Source: Balanoglossus misakiensis
Taxonomy: Eukaryota; Animalia; Hemichordata
DNA length: 64,000 nt
Direction: 5' to 3'
Assembly (NCBI GenBank): GCA_040954595.2
Contig: JBECUI020000028.1
Coordinates: 1-64,000 of the forward strand
Shown: one piece after another, positions 40,664 to 54,240 of the stretch
How positions within the stretch are numbered: the stretch's first letter is position 1
Layout of the letters: every line of letters starts with the position of its first letter
Made by a program: the position numbers and the translations under genes
The notes under the pieces: model-generated
Database searches by the model: none
What the model was told of the DNA's origin: nothing
What the model saw: the letters and a program-made list of their open reading frames with translations, nothing else

Positions 40664-40890
40664 GATTTCAAATTTCCAACTTATAGCCATCATGTTGCTA
40701 AGGACGCCGTCATGGTTAGTTCAAAATTCGCGCCACGCTGTTGTTATGTTAATTACATCAGCAAACGTGTTAATTTCGCATTTCAAATTTCAAATTTCCA
40801 ACTTATAGCAATCAAGTTGCTAAGGACGCCGTCATGGTTAGTTCAAAATTCGCGCCCCGCTATGTTAATTACATCAGTAAACGTGCGAAT
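40664..40890. repeat. Two ~125-bp direct repeats immediately upstream of the element's gene
   Basis: ATTTCAAATTTCCAACTTATAGC..GTTGCTAAGGACGCCGTCATGGTTAGTTCAAAATTCGCGCC occurs twice. Confidence 0.85.
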
Positions 40891-43800
40891 TTCGCGGCAA
40901 GACTGACTTCCGCATCAAAACACGCTCAAAATCATTCTAGTTCTACGTCCACGGTGTTACAGAAACAACATTTTGTTGTTATTTTGTATAGCTGTGTAGT
41001 AATTTAATATTATTAATAGCATTATCTGCTAATTTCACGTTCAGGTGGTTGCATCATCGGGGACGATGGCCTTGTGCAGTGTCTTGAATCTCGTCTGTAC
41101 TAATAACCATGCCAAACTTTCGCTAAAGAAGGCATGACCAACTTCGGAAGCTTGGAAACATACTCGGGCAAGCGAAGTTTTTTCCGGGCAAAAGTATGGC
41201 TTTGAGTCAATTACTAAGCTTCAATTTGGAAAAGTTTTAGAACCAGCAACTTTAATTTGAAACCAGCAACTCCTTAAAACTGAGGATACGTCACTGAAAA
41301 AATGAAGGCTCCAAAACGGAGGGACAAATGTGCGTGATTTATTCCTTGCAGAAAATGACTCAAAATAAACTATAAAATGCATTTAGAATGTTGTTGTTCG
41401 TGTACATTAATCCCTGTGTAGTTTTTACTTCGGAAAGATCGACGGTTGAGTAACCCAAGCACCTCCATTTTTGTTGATGCGCGCAGGAATCAAAGTCTCG
41501 ACCACCCCTCCAGTGATAATCGACGAACTATTGTCAAAGAATGCGCACAACTATGCGCAATGCATTTGTACAGCGTCGAATTCTCGTGTACGTTAAGGCG
41601 TGGGCGCCCTCTATCGACAGACTGAATACGTTAATCGAGCATAATAAACAATTGTAACCACACCAGCCAATCAGTTGATGTAATTCATGTTCAAGACAAG
41701 CAAATAAAATGAGACATTTCCGAGAAAACCTCCAAAACTATTATCATGTGACAAATAGTGGCATTTTGGGGGTCGAAAATGATATTCTTAAAAGAAGGCC
41801 AAAAATCCACCGCTAGATGCTCACAATCCCATTATTATTTTTTAGTTTCACCTTATGACCCGTCAACTTTCTCTGATAGGACTCATACTGTAGTGTATTT
41901 CGCTGCCATAATATTTTGACGATGTAGATTATCGACTACCCATTGACCGGCAGCCAAAATTCCAACATTTATAGGGTTATGCTGAATCATTAACTACGTT
42001 TTCAAACACAGTATCGTAATCTTGAAATGGGCGAACATGTTAACCTTCGATTACGACCAGAGGTGTCAGAAAATAAAGCTGTTTAGCGGTGGATTTTTCG
42101 TATTTTCCGCCTCGTAAATTATCCTTACCCTGGGACGCTCGTCCAGGGGTGCCATTACGTAATGCCTTAGTTGGCGTGATGCATTGTGGGTAAAATCAGC
42201 TGATCGTATACGCGTATCCTAGCAACTGACATGGACGCTACCATTAGCGCCCGCCCGCGTTCAAGATCATTTTAGTGTCGCTACAGTTCAGAAAATCGGG
42301 AACATACATAATTCCCAATCAGTTTGGGATGATTTTTAGCCACAAGTAGTAATTACTGTCACTCATTCACTTATTTAACAAGCCATGACAACATTATATG
42401 AGGGAAATAAACCTTTATTTCAACTTCAATCTGGTGAGTACATGGTTTTCATTTTACCCCATCAAAATAGTGCGTCTTGAAAGGTCAAAGTTCAACTTTT
42501 CCTTTGTTCATGTAAAATTGGCGCCATATTCAAATTGCAGCAGATGATCCCTTCAGCTGTTATTTGGAGGTATGCACTTGTTCAGTTGGCATGTTATCAT
42601 GGCATTTTGTGGTTATTTTATGGCCATAGCTGCAAGAGCAACAAAAGAGCTTTCTAATTCCGAAAGTCTACTCAGGAAAAGGCTGAAAATACATCAAGAT
42701 TTATGCCTGTTTACAACATATCCATTGGACAAAGGTATGCCAAATATCAGGATATCATGGCTAACAGCAGAAATATGCAAGTTACCAGTTTAAATTTAAA
42801 CTGCCACGATTTGAGAAAACACTAAGTGCTTCAGTTCAATGGTTGAATTCCAGGAAAAATGTCAGTATTTCTACAGCATTTTTCTGCAACTAGTTGGCAA
42901 AAACTGCCTTTATCAAGGCAAATCCTACACACAGCACTTGACTGTCAAGAGTGCCAAAGTAGCAATGTTGATGTTCTACTTTTGAACAAGTACTATCAGA
43001 AACATATCAAAAGTCTTCCCTTCTCGACTGTTGAGGTAATTGAAGATGCAATGGGAGAGATGCAACAACTACAAAATCCACATGAGACAAAGCTGACTGT
43101 CCCTCTTAAATCTGCCGTAAGAACTGCCGGACAGCTATATCAGCGAGTAGAGGAGTCATACAATAAAGTGTACTCAACACCTTTCAGTGAAGCGCTTCTC
43201 AAAGTTCCGGGGTTCAAGCTACAGACAAAAATCAGCAAAGAACAGAAAAAGAAAGACAGACGAGCACTTTATACTAATGTCAAGCAAAGCATCGAAAAAT
43301 CCCACGCTAAAAATGACGGAGATTTAAAAACAATCCTAGGATCCGGTCAGTCATTTGCTTGCTACGAATCATGTTGACGGTCTGTTGACTTTGAGTCTAC
43401 CGATTCTGCCAAGAAGCGAGTAAATCGCCGTCTACAACTAGAATCCCTCAACAAGCTGACACCAAAAGACCATGTTGTAAAAACAGAGTCTGTTGAATGG
43501 GACAAAAGCTCATTTGTAAGTGAACTTTCCAATTATGATGCTGGCAAGGTCAACTGGAGTAGCCTTGCGAGAAAGTACGGGCTAACAGCTGCAAATGGTG
43601 GCCAAATACTGAAAGTACGCAACCTCAGCTGGCATCGACACTGACAAGTTCAATATCAATAAGAAGGTTCAAGGTCGAGATTTTGTCAGAAGAGTACACC
43701 GTAAAACATTGAAAGGTCTTGGGGGAGGTGTCACTTCCTCAACACCGACCAGCAAGAGCCCTGCAAGAAATATTGAAAACAAAAATAAGAAGTGGCGAAA

Positions 43801-45925
43801 TCGACATCGGTGAATTAATAGCACCAAAAGAGTTCCAAAAGATGACCATTGGAAAAGATGGCAAATTAAAAGAAGAAACTTATACAATCTACGCTAGAAA
43901 AATAAACTTACAGACAATCCGAAAACGAGAGCTTGACAGACAAATTAAGCTTGGTGTTCTGAGAAGCCATGTTTATGGGTATGACGACGGTCATTACCAA
44001 AACCTAGAAGAAAAAGAAATAAGGGATGAGCTACAAAGAATACACGAGTTGAAAGAAGGAGAAACCATCGATGAAATGCGCAGTAAATTAAAAAGACTAC
44101 ATCACTCACGGCACTTCAAAATATGGCATGACCACAGTACTGTAGGCAACCATTCCCACATTGTCTTCATGGTGAGCTGGATATACGACGCGGCAACATA
44201 TCTGACAAATGAGGAGTACTTGGAGAAACACGGAAAAAAAGTAAACGTTGACTCGCTTGTTGAGAAGCCACATCTATATATAATGGGACGATCCAACTCC
44301 AATGACGTTGATCAGCTGTCATATGTTGAAACCAGAGTAGAAGATCTAAAATGTGCAACAGGACCAATAACATCCGACGAAGGTTCCAGGGAATACACAG
44401 ATGTCCACCGATTTTTTCATGGCGATGGACCGGCACAGGAGTTTGAGGATTAGCACCAGAAAGGAGGTCACTACCAGTGCATCTGTGGAATAGAGTCAAG
44501 AAGACATGATGATCTGTCTGCATGTTACCATCTGAAATATCTGTCAATAGATGAGAAACGTAACTTGTTAATCAAGGGCAGCCCAATATGGAGAGAAAAG
44601 TCACGGCAAACTCCCCATCCATTTGCCAACTTAACAGTGGCCGACCTTAGGAGAGAGCTTGATGCTAGGGGTGAAGAAACTGAAGGATTAAAGAAGCCAG
44701 ACTTACAATCTAAACTCTCTGAAATTTTACATGGTATGCAGAGAGTACCAGCACTGCTCCATCTCACTCCAGAATATGATCTTGCTGAAATAAACTGCTC
44801 TGCATATGAAATTTTGCCATCAGAGCCACTCCATGACCTGAATGGACACATCCACAATGTGTTAGAAGAAATTCCAGCACAAACCAAGGATAAAGAAGAA
44901 GCAGTAAAGTTACAGAACTTTATTCAGGCAACATATGGTGGTAAAGACGAAATTCGGGGATGCGATGCACGCAAAGCTATCCTTCTGGTGTCCCAGTATC
45001 TTCACGAGAACAACATAAATACTGAGCATGGTCAGCTTATTGACACGCTTGCTGAAATAAGCGAAACTGCTTATAAACATGACAATGACAGATGCCCACG
45101 ACTGATTCTGCGATTGTATAACACTGTATTTTTGCATGGAATATTGTGCAAAAGGGTATTTGAGAAGCCAAAGAAACTTACCAAACGAAAGATGTTCGGG
45201 CGGTATTTCCATAACATCACCGTCCATCTACCTGATCAACTGAGATTGGTTTCTCTGAGGTCAACAAATGCTGAAAACCAGGAGCGAGTTTTCAATCGAA
45301 TACGGAGAGTGACGAAAACAACTTCCTCCAAGCGTCCAGGTGGTATCATAGGTAATGCCATGATACGTCTAGGTGCAGAAGAAGAGATGACAAAAGAAAG
45401 AGATCCATCACAAATTATAGAATCTGAAATTAGCAAAATTGGAAAGCAGCTCCCAAAACGTCAGAATACAGTAATCCCTGAGGACGAAATACTGCGACGA
45501 CCAACACTACTGCAAAGCCACTATGAAAGGATTGCAGATTTCTTGCTGCCAGGAGAAGGTGCATTGTGGCAGAGACATGAGGAAGCAATAGAGTTTTTAA
45601 CTCTGATACCCAGGATGATTTCAAGGTATCTGCAGTGCAATTTAGTCCCAAATATTTTAACTCACACTTTTATTTCTTTTCAATAACAATTACTGTTGAT
45701 TATATGCAGACATAATACAACAGATTGCATGGTGTTTTGGGACAGGAAAAACTAATCTAAAATATAGTATCAAAGCATCAAAAATTACATCTATACATGC
45801 CCTGTCTTTTTCATGGAACTTTTCTGTCAAGCAGGTTCTGTTATTTTTTGTGACGAGCAACCTCCATTTTTACAAATAATAGAACTATTCTCGGATATCC
45901 CACATGTTTTATGGCTTTCTAAAAA

Positions 45926-46266
45926 GGTCTCTCACTCGCTGCCCTTTTTCTTTTTGTGTTTTGATACAAAACACCATTTATGTTAATGTACATGTGTATA
46001 TGTAGTGAATGAACGTTCAACCACACACATGTTCCACCATGCTTGTATATGAGAGTAAAAACTCGCCCAAAATGAATAAATGGTAGAGACCGATTGTTCA
46101 TTTTGGCAAGGTTTTTCACTCTCGTGTCTACAAGCGGGATGGAAGGTGTGTGTGGTTGAATGTTCATTCAGTATATATCCACATGTACATTAACATAAAC
46201 AGTGTCTTGAATGAAACATAATATTAATGGGAAAAGGGCAGCGAGAGAGAGAGAGACTTTGTCCCT
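45926..46266. mobile_element. Kolobok-type MITE (family of 10659-11483) in an intron
   Basis: TCTCTCACTCGCTGCCCT ... AGGGCAGCGAGAGAGAGAGACTTTGTCCCT|TTAA; left end eroded. Confidence 0.7.
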
Positions 46267-47602
46267 TTAACAGCATGCAAATCCTTATTTATTTTGGAAA
46301 ATTCTATTGTAAAAATTGTCCAAGATTATAGTACTTACATTAGCCATTGGTGTTGTGTGTAAACTGTTATATAAAGAATGTTTGATCAATCTCCTTACCT
46401 GTTTATTTCTATAGGAACCAGGACCTCATCTGCATCATTTCCGGTCATAATCTCTGCAAAAGGTACAATGTGATATCAACAGGTGTTGGTAAGATTGTGT
46501 GGACAGAGTAAGAAGTGAAGCAATTGCTTTACCAATCCACAAGATAAAGCTCTATGACAGCAATGGTGAAAGAAGTGGTAGCCTCACTGTCACAGGCTTT
46601 CAAGATGATAGCAGACGTAAGAGCATATTACATCACAGTCAAACCAAATAAGTGACTTCATCTGTATGCATATAATTTTGGGGGAAACATTACTTTCAAA
46701 AATGTGAATTTCTTTCACTTCAGCCTGTCAAAATTAATTGACCTATATATACCCAGCCATGTTCAACTTTCAATACCACATGAATTCAATGAAAGTATAT
46801 CTAATGGGCAAAAGTGTTGCTTCTCGCCTGATTTAGCAAAATTGAGTGACATAAATACTGGCTGGAACGGCTTAGTTAAATGAACGTTTGAAATTATTTT
46901 TGAATTATGATTAGTCTATAACAGTAATAAATTTTGAAATAACACTATATAATACAAGCACTACAAAAAATGTCAATATTTTATACTACCTTATAGAATC
47001 CGAGGAAATTCCAGAGCATCCAATTGGTGTAGATGATGATGACCATGACTTGTTGATTGATCCTGGTTCCCATGAACACATCCTCTCAGTAGAAGATGAT
47101 AAACTTGCCCCTGATATTACCATGGACATGAATGACATCGAGCCGACAAGTGTACCTGAAAGGAACATAACATTACATGGTAGCAATGCTGAGGAGACCC
47201 GTTGCAGTATACCAATAGAAGATACAAGACAGACACAGCATAGTACAGGGGAAGACATCAACATGACAGACTGTGATTTGGAAACAGAGCACACTGAGGA
47301 GACAGTTGAAGCAGAAAGGATGGAAGTCAATGGTATGGAAAATTGCTGCACTCAAGGAGGTAACTATTACTATAGTGAAGTTACCATGTATGGGATTGTT
47401 CATTTCAAGGTTCCACTCATTCTTATTTCCTCCCCCCCCCCCCACCATCCCCAAATAAATCTGCAAGCCCCCATTCCAAGCACATAGTTATGTCACAGTG
47501 CAGGAGATAGTCATTTCAATTTTATTTTATTTTAGAAAGGAAAGATAAATGTGTGTGAGCGGGAAAAGATATGAAACATGACACACCCACATATATGTAC
47601 AT

Positions 47603-48038
47603 TTATAATATACCTCATGCTAATACTGTGCCGTGATTCGCCAGAATCCGTCACGTGATAGGAAAATAGAATCGACTATGAACCGCTAGGGAAATAGCAG
47701 AAAAAATATAAACCGGTCACGTGACCCGCGTGAGTGCGCAGACTCGGTCACGTCAATCAGCGTCGCGTCGTCTGACACAATGGCCAACACTGAAGATGTC
47801 GTCTGCCAGCCTCAAGAAAAAATTGCAAGATTTTCCCAGCTGTTAGCATGAGGTTTATTATAAAACACCTATAGCCTGGCCTATATTCGGGCCATAGCAG
47901 CCGTTTTTACCCCCTCGTGACTGTGAGTTACCAGAATCATATGCTATTTCCCTCGGCCGCATATGATTCTGGTAACTCACAGCCCCTCGGGTGTAATAAA
48001 CGGCCGCTATGGCCCTCATGGCCAGGCAATAGGTGTTC
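47603..48038. mobile_element. Hairpin-bearing non-autonomous element (Crypton-like architecture)
   Basis: IR TTATAATATACCTCATGCTAA / TTAGCATGAGGTTTATTATAA, followed by a 175-bp hairpin (47864-48038). Confidence 0.55.
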
Positions 48039-49873
48039 AATATTTCATGTTGACCTTGTGGAACCCCAGGTCAGTTTAAGTGGCCCAAAAGGAAATCACT
48101 TTAAGAAAAACTCATTATTATTGCTGTTAAACCTTAATGTTGTTTTCTTGTTTGCATTCAGGCAAGTCAAGTATCAAAGAAGTTGCCAAATCAACAGCAA
48201 AGATAACAGCCACACATGAAGAGTCATCAATCTCAGAGTAAAGTTAGTGATACTTCTTCAACCACGATGGACAGTCTGATATTTGTCCTTGGAGAGACAA
48301 AAGAAGTCGAATAATTTGATAAATCACGAAATTCTTTGAAGGCCCTTCCCAATGATAAGAAGTTAATAAATGAATATATAGAAGCTAAGGTGAAAGTAGG
48401 AACAAAGCTGATGAAATCATACAGCATAGCCAAGCTGTCAATCAAAGAGTGGGAACAAGAATATTGCATAAATCATTGGGGTTGTGCACCAAATTTGGAA
48501 GATTACAAGAGAAATAAACGTATATTGAAATTGTACAAACAAACAAAAATGGCGACACATTTTTTGAAACGCTGGAATATTGATTATAACTGAGAGGTGA
48601 AGTATTTCCAGCTGTATGTGCATGCAATTTGATTACTCAGTGAGGACATATTTTGTACACTACACGTACATTCAGAAATATGGCATATTTTTCTAATGAC
48701 ATGGAGATTTTTGTGACTTCTGATGCAGAGTAAATATACAAGATATTGTTAACTTTGGTGAATTTAAGTTCATTTTGTTGTGGTTTAATTTACTGTAAAT
48801 AATTTTTCCAAATGTTTGCATTGTATAATTTACTTCCAAATCAGATGTTCTTTCCTTGTCATTTGCTACCAAAATTTAGTACCAAATGCATGGCATTTGT
48901 ATGTCTGTGTTCAGGCTGTGGCCACAACCAATCTTGTAGCTGTGGCTGAGACTTTCAATTTTCTGCTTGATGTTAATAAACAAAAACTTTGTAGTTTTGA
49001 ATTTTGATGGAAAGGCAATCATCTATATTTGTCACTCATAAAAATGCACATTTCTTGACAATGTTGTTGAACCACTTCTCCCAAAATAATGGGACCCTTT
49101 GGTTTCAACCCCCAACCTGGCAGTGTTCAAATCTCACATTGTAAACACCACCTGCACCTGCACTTTGTTAATACAAGGAGACTGGAAACAGTGTGCTACA
49201 CAATAAATTGAGACAAAGGAGTGTTACAAGACTTAACAAACAAGTAATTAACATATAGCCTAGTTGCACAGGAAAATGCTACAAACAAGTTTTTCCCGCC
49301 CAAGTCAGACTGTGCGTGGCGTGGGTCCATAGCTGCAGCTGTGGTGTTTTCTGGCTAATTGTACTTTTCCTTTTTACGGGCTCTTTTTCCGTGTCGATCA
49401 GAAAATTGCCCGCAAAATGTCAGACAAAAATTGCCAGAAAACACCACTGCTATGACCCAGAATGAGATTATACTTAGGCCGTCCTCTGCATGCCATACTA
49501 TCGATCGCACGTACCGAACGAAACTCGCATCACATGCAATCCGAAAATAGCTGATAAGAACTTACCTTCATTGTACAGTTTACCGTAAAAAGCAGTCTTA
49601 CACCGACGATTACGTTGGCAGGAAATGAAGGCATTGACTAAAACAACATGAATCGGATGTACCGCGTACCGCCCACATGATGCACATGTCTGTCGCGATA
49701 CAATACCATAGACTATTTTACTTCTGTCCATTCGCTCGCAAACGTCGTTTTCTGAATGTGTTATGAGCTTTGGGCACATTTAAGGACCGAAACGGGGAGA
49801 TTTTTGACATTTTTTTGCCGAATTTTCGTCAAAACCTCGCCATTTCGGTCCACGCCCGCCCACACATCATATA

Positions 49874-50565
49874 GGGCGTTCTCACTGGCACGTTTACACC
49901 GGTGCTACAGCGGTGTAGATTTGACACCGACGGAAAAAAACAAGTGAGAACGCTTTACACCGGTGTTGGGCCGGTGTTGATTTGCGACGGCGATGGGTGG
50001 CGGGTCAGGGCCAGTGCTGGGCCAGCGCTCCGACGCAAATAGTCAGTGAGAACGCAAAGATAAACAAACACCGTTCAAAAGCGCCACCCTGCAGTGACTT
50101 TTGGGTATGTTTATTAGGTATAGCCCATTGTCTTTGGTCAGTTTCCATTGTTAAGTCAATCACACTGGACGTGAGTGGTTTTCAAACCATTCGCAGTTTG
50201 CATGGTCTGCAACACTTCTGTCTGCTACCAACTTTCGGAAGGTTCTCTCGATCACCGAAAAGCTGAGGCATTTTCCATTTATGGATTAACATTCATTTAC
50301 TTCTAAACATTATCAAAACTGTCACAAAGTCGTCTAGAACGCATATGCAGGTATAGAAACTGCAACATGTTGCTGTAATGTCCTCGACGTCCTCAATTTT
50401 GTTAGTTGCCGTGTTGCTAAACATGGCCATTTAGACGATGTTTATTTCAAAACAGTGGCCAAAAGTTTAGTGTGTGGACGCACGGAGATTCTGTGGACTA
50501 ATCCCCTGTGTTTGCAGAGAGTAAACACTGGCATTACACCGGTGTCAAAACTTTTAGTGAGAACA
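49874..50565. mobile_element. Harbinger-like MITE, right end truncated
   Basis: GGGCGTTCTCACT start with repeated AGTGAGAAC motifs (49943, 50045, 50556). Confidence 0.45.
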
Positions 50566-50569
50566 AGAC

Positions 50570-51304
50570 TATGGAGGTACTAGATAGAAGGAGCGAGGAC
50601 GCTATTGTTTCCTATAAACCCCATGTGCGTCTTAATCTGTTTGCAGATATCATTAGGATCTCATCCTTTTATCACCTGATAGGCCTTCATAAAAGCTGTG
50701 CGCTTGCGTAGATAAACAAATTATAGCTGGCGGCGTGTCTCCATGATTTACATTTAGCATATTCAACCAGACCAAACTGCTGTGCCGAAAGTCTCTGCAC
50801 TAGCAATTACAATGGTGACTGTCGGGCATCCCACACCATCCAACGCGAACAAAAATACTTGCATCGGGAAGATTGGTTTTCAAAGAAAACCTAAGAACTT
50901 ATTTTTTTTTGCGGAAGTTTGCGAAAAACTCAAAATATACATTTCAAAATCATGCTTTTTGGTTGTACAAAGAAGAAAAATAACGCCACAAGTCTTCCAA
51001 GACGTCCGCCTGACACGTTTCCGGTAGTGGTGATGCGTAAACTTCACCCCTAGATGTAAATAAAAGTCACCACGCATATGTAGTACGCTCGTCCGCGATG
51101 TGCGCATTGTGTTTTTAATATCATAGAAATATTACCCCGTAGATCTTGCAAACCTAACTGTAAAATCGGCGGTAACGCACAGTGGGTTCAAAGGACGCTT
51201 TCAACACAGAAACACAAAGACTTAAGAAGCTTATCACACTTCAGAAGAAAGGGAGTTAATCCGCTTAAAATCCGTCCTCGCTCCTTCTCTCTAGTACCTC
51301 CATG
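50570..51304. mobile_element. MITE with 31-bp TIR (CATGG-type end, P-like)
   Basis: ATGGAGGTACTAGATAGAAGGAGCGAGGACG / CGTCCTCGCTCCTTCTCTCTAGTACCTCCAT; no matching TSD seen. Confidence 0.7.
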
Positions 51305-54240
51305 CACACATGAAACCACGCAACCACGAGGCTGAAGCCTTGGAAACCACCTAAGCTCGGCAATGCGTGTGTGCTCATGAATATGTAATATCTAATTCGC
51401 ATATTCATGAAAATAACCAAAAAAACAGGAAAACATTTTTAAAATACCAATAAAAAATTAAAAAAACTAAACATTTGCAGTTTTTCTTTATTTACAATTT
51501 GATATATTTTTAGATTTTCAGTCAACATTTTTTTTAATTTTTCGAGTTTTTTTTAAACATGCCGGGTTCAGAGATTTGTCCTTCCATGACTAGGGAAGCA
51601 ATCAGGGATCGTCACATACGTCGGGTGCGGGATAACACTGTCCGCGGAAATGTTGATTTTGTTGCCCCAACTACTGAAGATAAGACAGCAATTCAACGTA
51701 AAATTTCAAAGCTTCGAACTCTGATGAAGGAGGGTAGGGCAACAAATTTTGACGTGTTATCAACGGTACTTGATTTCTTCCTGACGAGTCACGAAACGAA
51801 CGGCAATGGTGGTATGCGTGACGAACCAGAAGAAGGTGCTTTCCACGAACCAGTGTACCAGAGGTGTCCAATAGAACGGACCAGATGTATTTGACAACGA
51901 CCCTCTCTGTCCAGAACCTCGTAAAAACTGTCGAATCACACTCCGGAGCATGTCGAGGAACTCTTGCCTCAAAGCGCACGACTATGATGGGCCACGCGGG
52001 GAGGGTCAGTTTCAAGTGCGAGGAAGATCACGGATTCAATTGGAATTCTTCGCCGTATTTACCGAACGGGAGACTACTCGTCAACTACAGGTAAGTGTAA
52101 ATACAGTGACATTGTATGATACGGACTTATATTGTTTTGTCATCTTTTATTTACCAAGAATACGTCAATGTATTATGCTCTCGCGTCGTAACTTTGAAAT
52201 GCTATGAACATTATCCAACAGATTGTTACACGGGTTGTTGTCAGCTGGCGTACGGACGCGGACTTATGACACTGTAACCAGCAGTGCAAATATGGGGTCG
52301 TTGAAGGACAAGTATAGAACGAAATGTAAGCTTACACTTTCTTATAGCTGAAACTATCTAGTTTTATATTTATTTGTGATCAGTCCTACTTTTAGTGTGG
52401 TCAACTTACATTGATTCTCAGACTGTTTCAATATATTGTATGACCATGGAGTTACAGACATGACTGCAGCATATAAAGACATGTCAAGACAATTTTTTTT
52501 CCAAATGTATTAACTGTCGACCATCATCACAGTCACCCCATGACTGTGCTGGCATATAAAGTAGGCAAATCATCACTAATATTTGGGTCGCCGCAAGGGA
52601 AAAGGGCCCTTATGCAAGTGTACGTCATTTTTAGTAATTTGCATTTGAATAGGTGACGTTCTATGTGTGCTTTTCACATGCAAATATTCGCCTGCACGCT
52701 GGAGGAAAATGGATTTGTTCAGTATATTGCCCAACTTTTTCGAGAAAATGACAAAAGATATTCAAAGTATATCACGAAACACAGAACATTTATGTCATTT
52801 CTTCACTGAATTCGATTTCTATAGCTCAAAAAACACTTCTCACGTAGAGCGTTTACATTGTATCTAATTTTATTCCCGCCATTTTGCTCTCGACCCGCAA
52901 TTAAATGCCGAGCTGCGGACTTTGCTCGAAGAACGCCACGACGAGTTGGTCGAAACATTTAGTCCGCCGCAATCTAGGGAGAATTCCCAGTGTTCTGTTT
53001 CAGCCGATAGTGTACGCGATCACTGCCACCAGGGAGACGACGACGATAGCGATGAAGACGAGCCAGTACCTGAAGCAGAGCCAGTCGAATTGGCGAGACT
53101 GTACTCTCAGTTACACCCAGAGATGGGTCAAGAAGATCGCGAAGAAGGAAATGACTGTGACGCCTTGGATAAGCCATCGGTGGAGGCCGTAATGCGGACT
53201 GGGTGTGTTTGTAAACACCAGTGCTACTCGAACTTTGCTGTGGACAGGGTGTGGGAATACCGTTTGAACATGTCAGAATTCCAGAAAGACCATCTTGATG
53301 TTCTCATCCTTGCAAAGTTAGAACAGTGTGAGGTTCATGGAGAACCTGTCCGTGGTGGTAAACGTGCGCGACAGTCCTTTGATTTACGTCTTTGATGGTC
53401 AACGCGTGTGTGAAAAAGTTTGGCGTTACATTCACAACTTGGGTGAGTGGCAGGGTATTTTTACGTTGGCACCAATGATTTATTTACACGTCGTGATATC
53501 CTCATCACACCCTGTGCGAGCATGAGTACTCGAAATGTGGATTGTTAGGTGAATTATTGCATCCGATTGTTGATTTTTAATAGATTCCCCACATCACGTA
53601 GTTTACCGTAGTGCAGCAGTGACAGTCAATAAAGGATGATGATGTCATCTTTTTCCTCCCTCACATGACCTTTGTTTACTTGGGGATTTTTCTCAAAGAG
53701 TTTTCTAAGTGTCCTGGCCCCCACAATCTTGATGTTGATTTTTTAAGAGAAGACACAACTTTACAGTAATTTCTTTTTAAATGTGTATCAAACGATTTTG
53801 AGAAGATTTAAACTACAGAGAAGTCATTGTTTTGACATAATCTTGGGATAGTATTAGTTAGTATTATCATCCTATAACTCTAATTATAGGGGAGAAAAGG
53901 TTCAAGAATTTAAAGGCCCACTACAAAATCCATGGTGTGGTACCCAGATCTCATGGTCGTCGAGGAAAACGACCAGCCAATGCCTATTCATTTGAAGTAA
54001 GTATTACATTTCTGCATGCCATAACAAATATCTTTAAGAAGTATATTCTTATACCATGTAAATGTGTATAAGAGTGTACTTATACTTGGTAATAAATTTC
54101 ATATTTATGGTTTATTATTATCACGCAAACATGTGCTTTTATGTCAAAGGGACAGGAATAGGTGCTCAGTACAGACAGGTTTCCAGATTAGACAGGGTTC
54201 GGTTTATTGTTGCCTTGAGTCGTAACAAAGGCGTCAGGAT

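Larger units (their letters stand above)
34672..41579 (-). mobile_element. Unclassified 6.9-kb DDE DNA transposon with 9-bp TSD (possibly Academ-related)
   Basis: TIR TCGACGCTGTACAAA(C)GCA..GCGCAT / ATGCGC..TGCATTTGTACAGCGTCGA; TSD ATTCTCGTG at 34663-34671 and 41580-41588; encloses one multi-exon gene. Confidence 0.85.
42385..48593 (+). pseudogene. RAG1/Transib/Chapaev-like transposase with SAP domain, degenerate
   Basis: Motifs IWHDHS, FFHGDGPAQEFE..KGGHYQCICG, SAP-like LTVADLRRELDARG..GLKKPDLQSKL, EPLHDLNGH, RYFHNITVH..STNAENQERVF. Multiple stops (43375, 44451) and frameshifts. TIRs not found. Confidence 0.75.

Noticed and set aside
35436-48593. Divergent gene pair read as one RAG1/RAG2-like two-gene element
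   Set aside because: The minus-strand gene is enclosed by its own TIRs and 9-bp TSD and is itself transposase-like, with no kelch/PHD similarity.
49498-49779. 93-aa minus-strand ORF ending at a GTAAGT donor
   Set aside because: No recognisable protein or downstream exon.
41589-49870. Termini for the RAG-like element (e.g. GGCGTGGG at 41598 and 49318 as TSD)
   Set aside because: No inverted repeat accompanies the match; likely chance.
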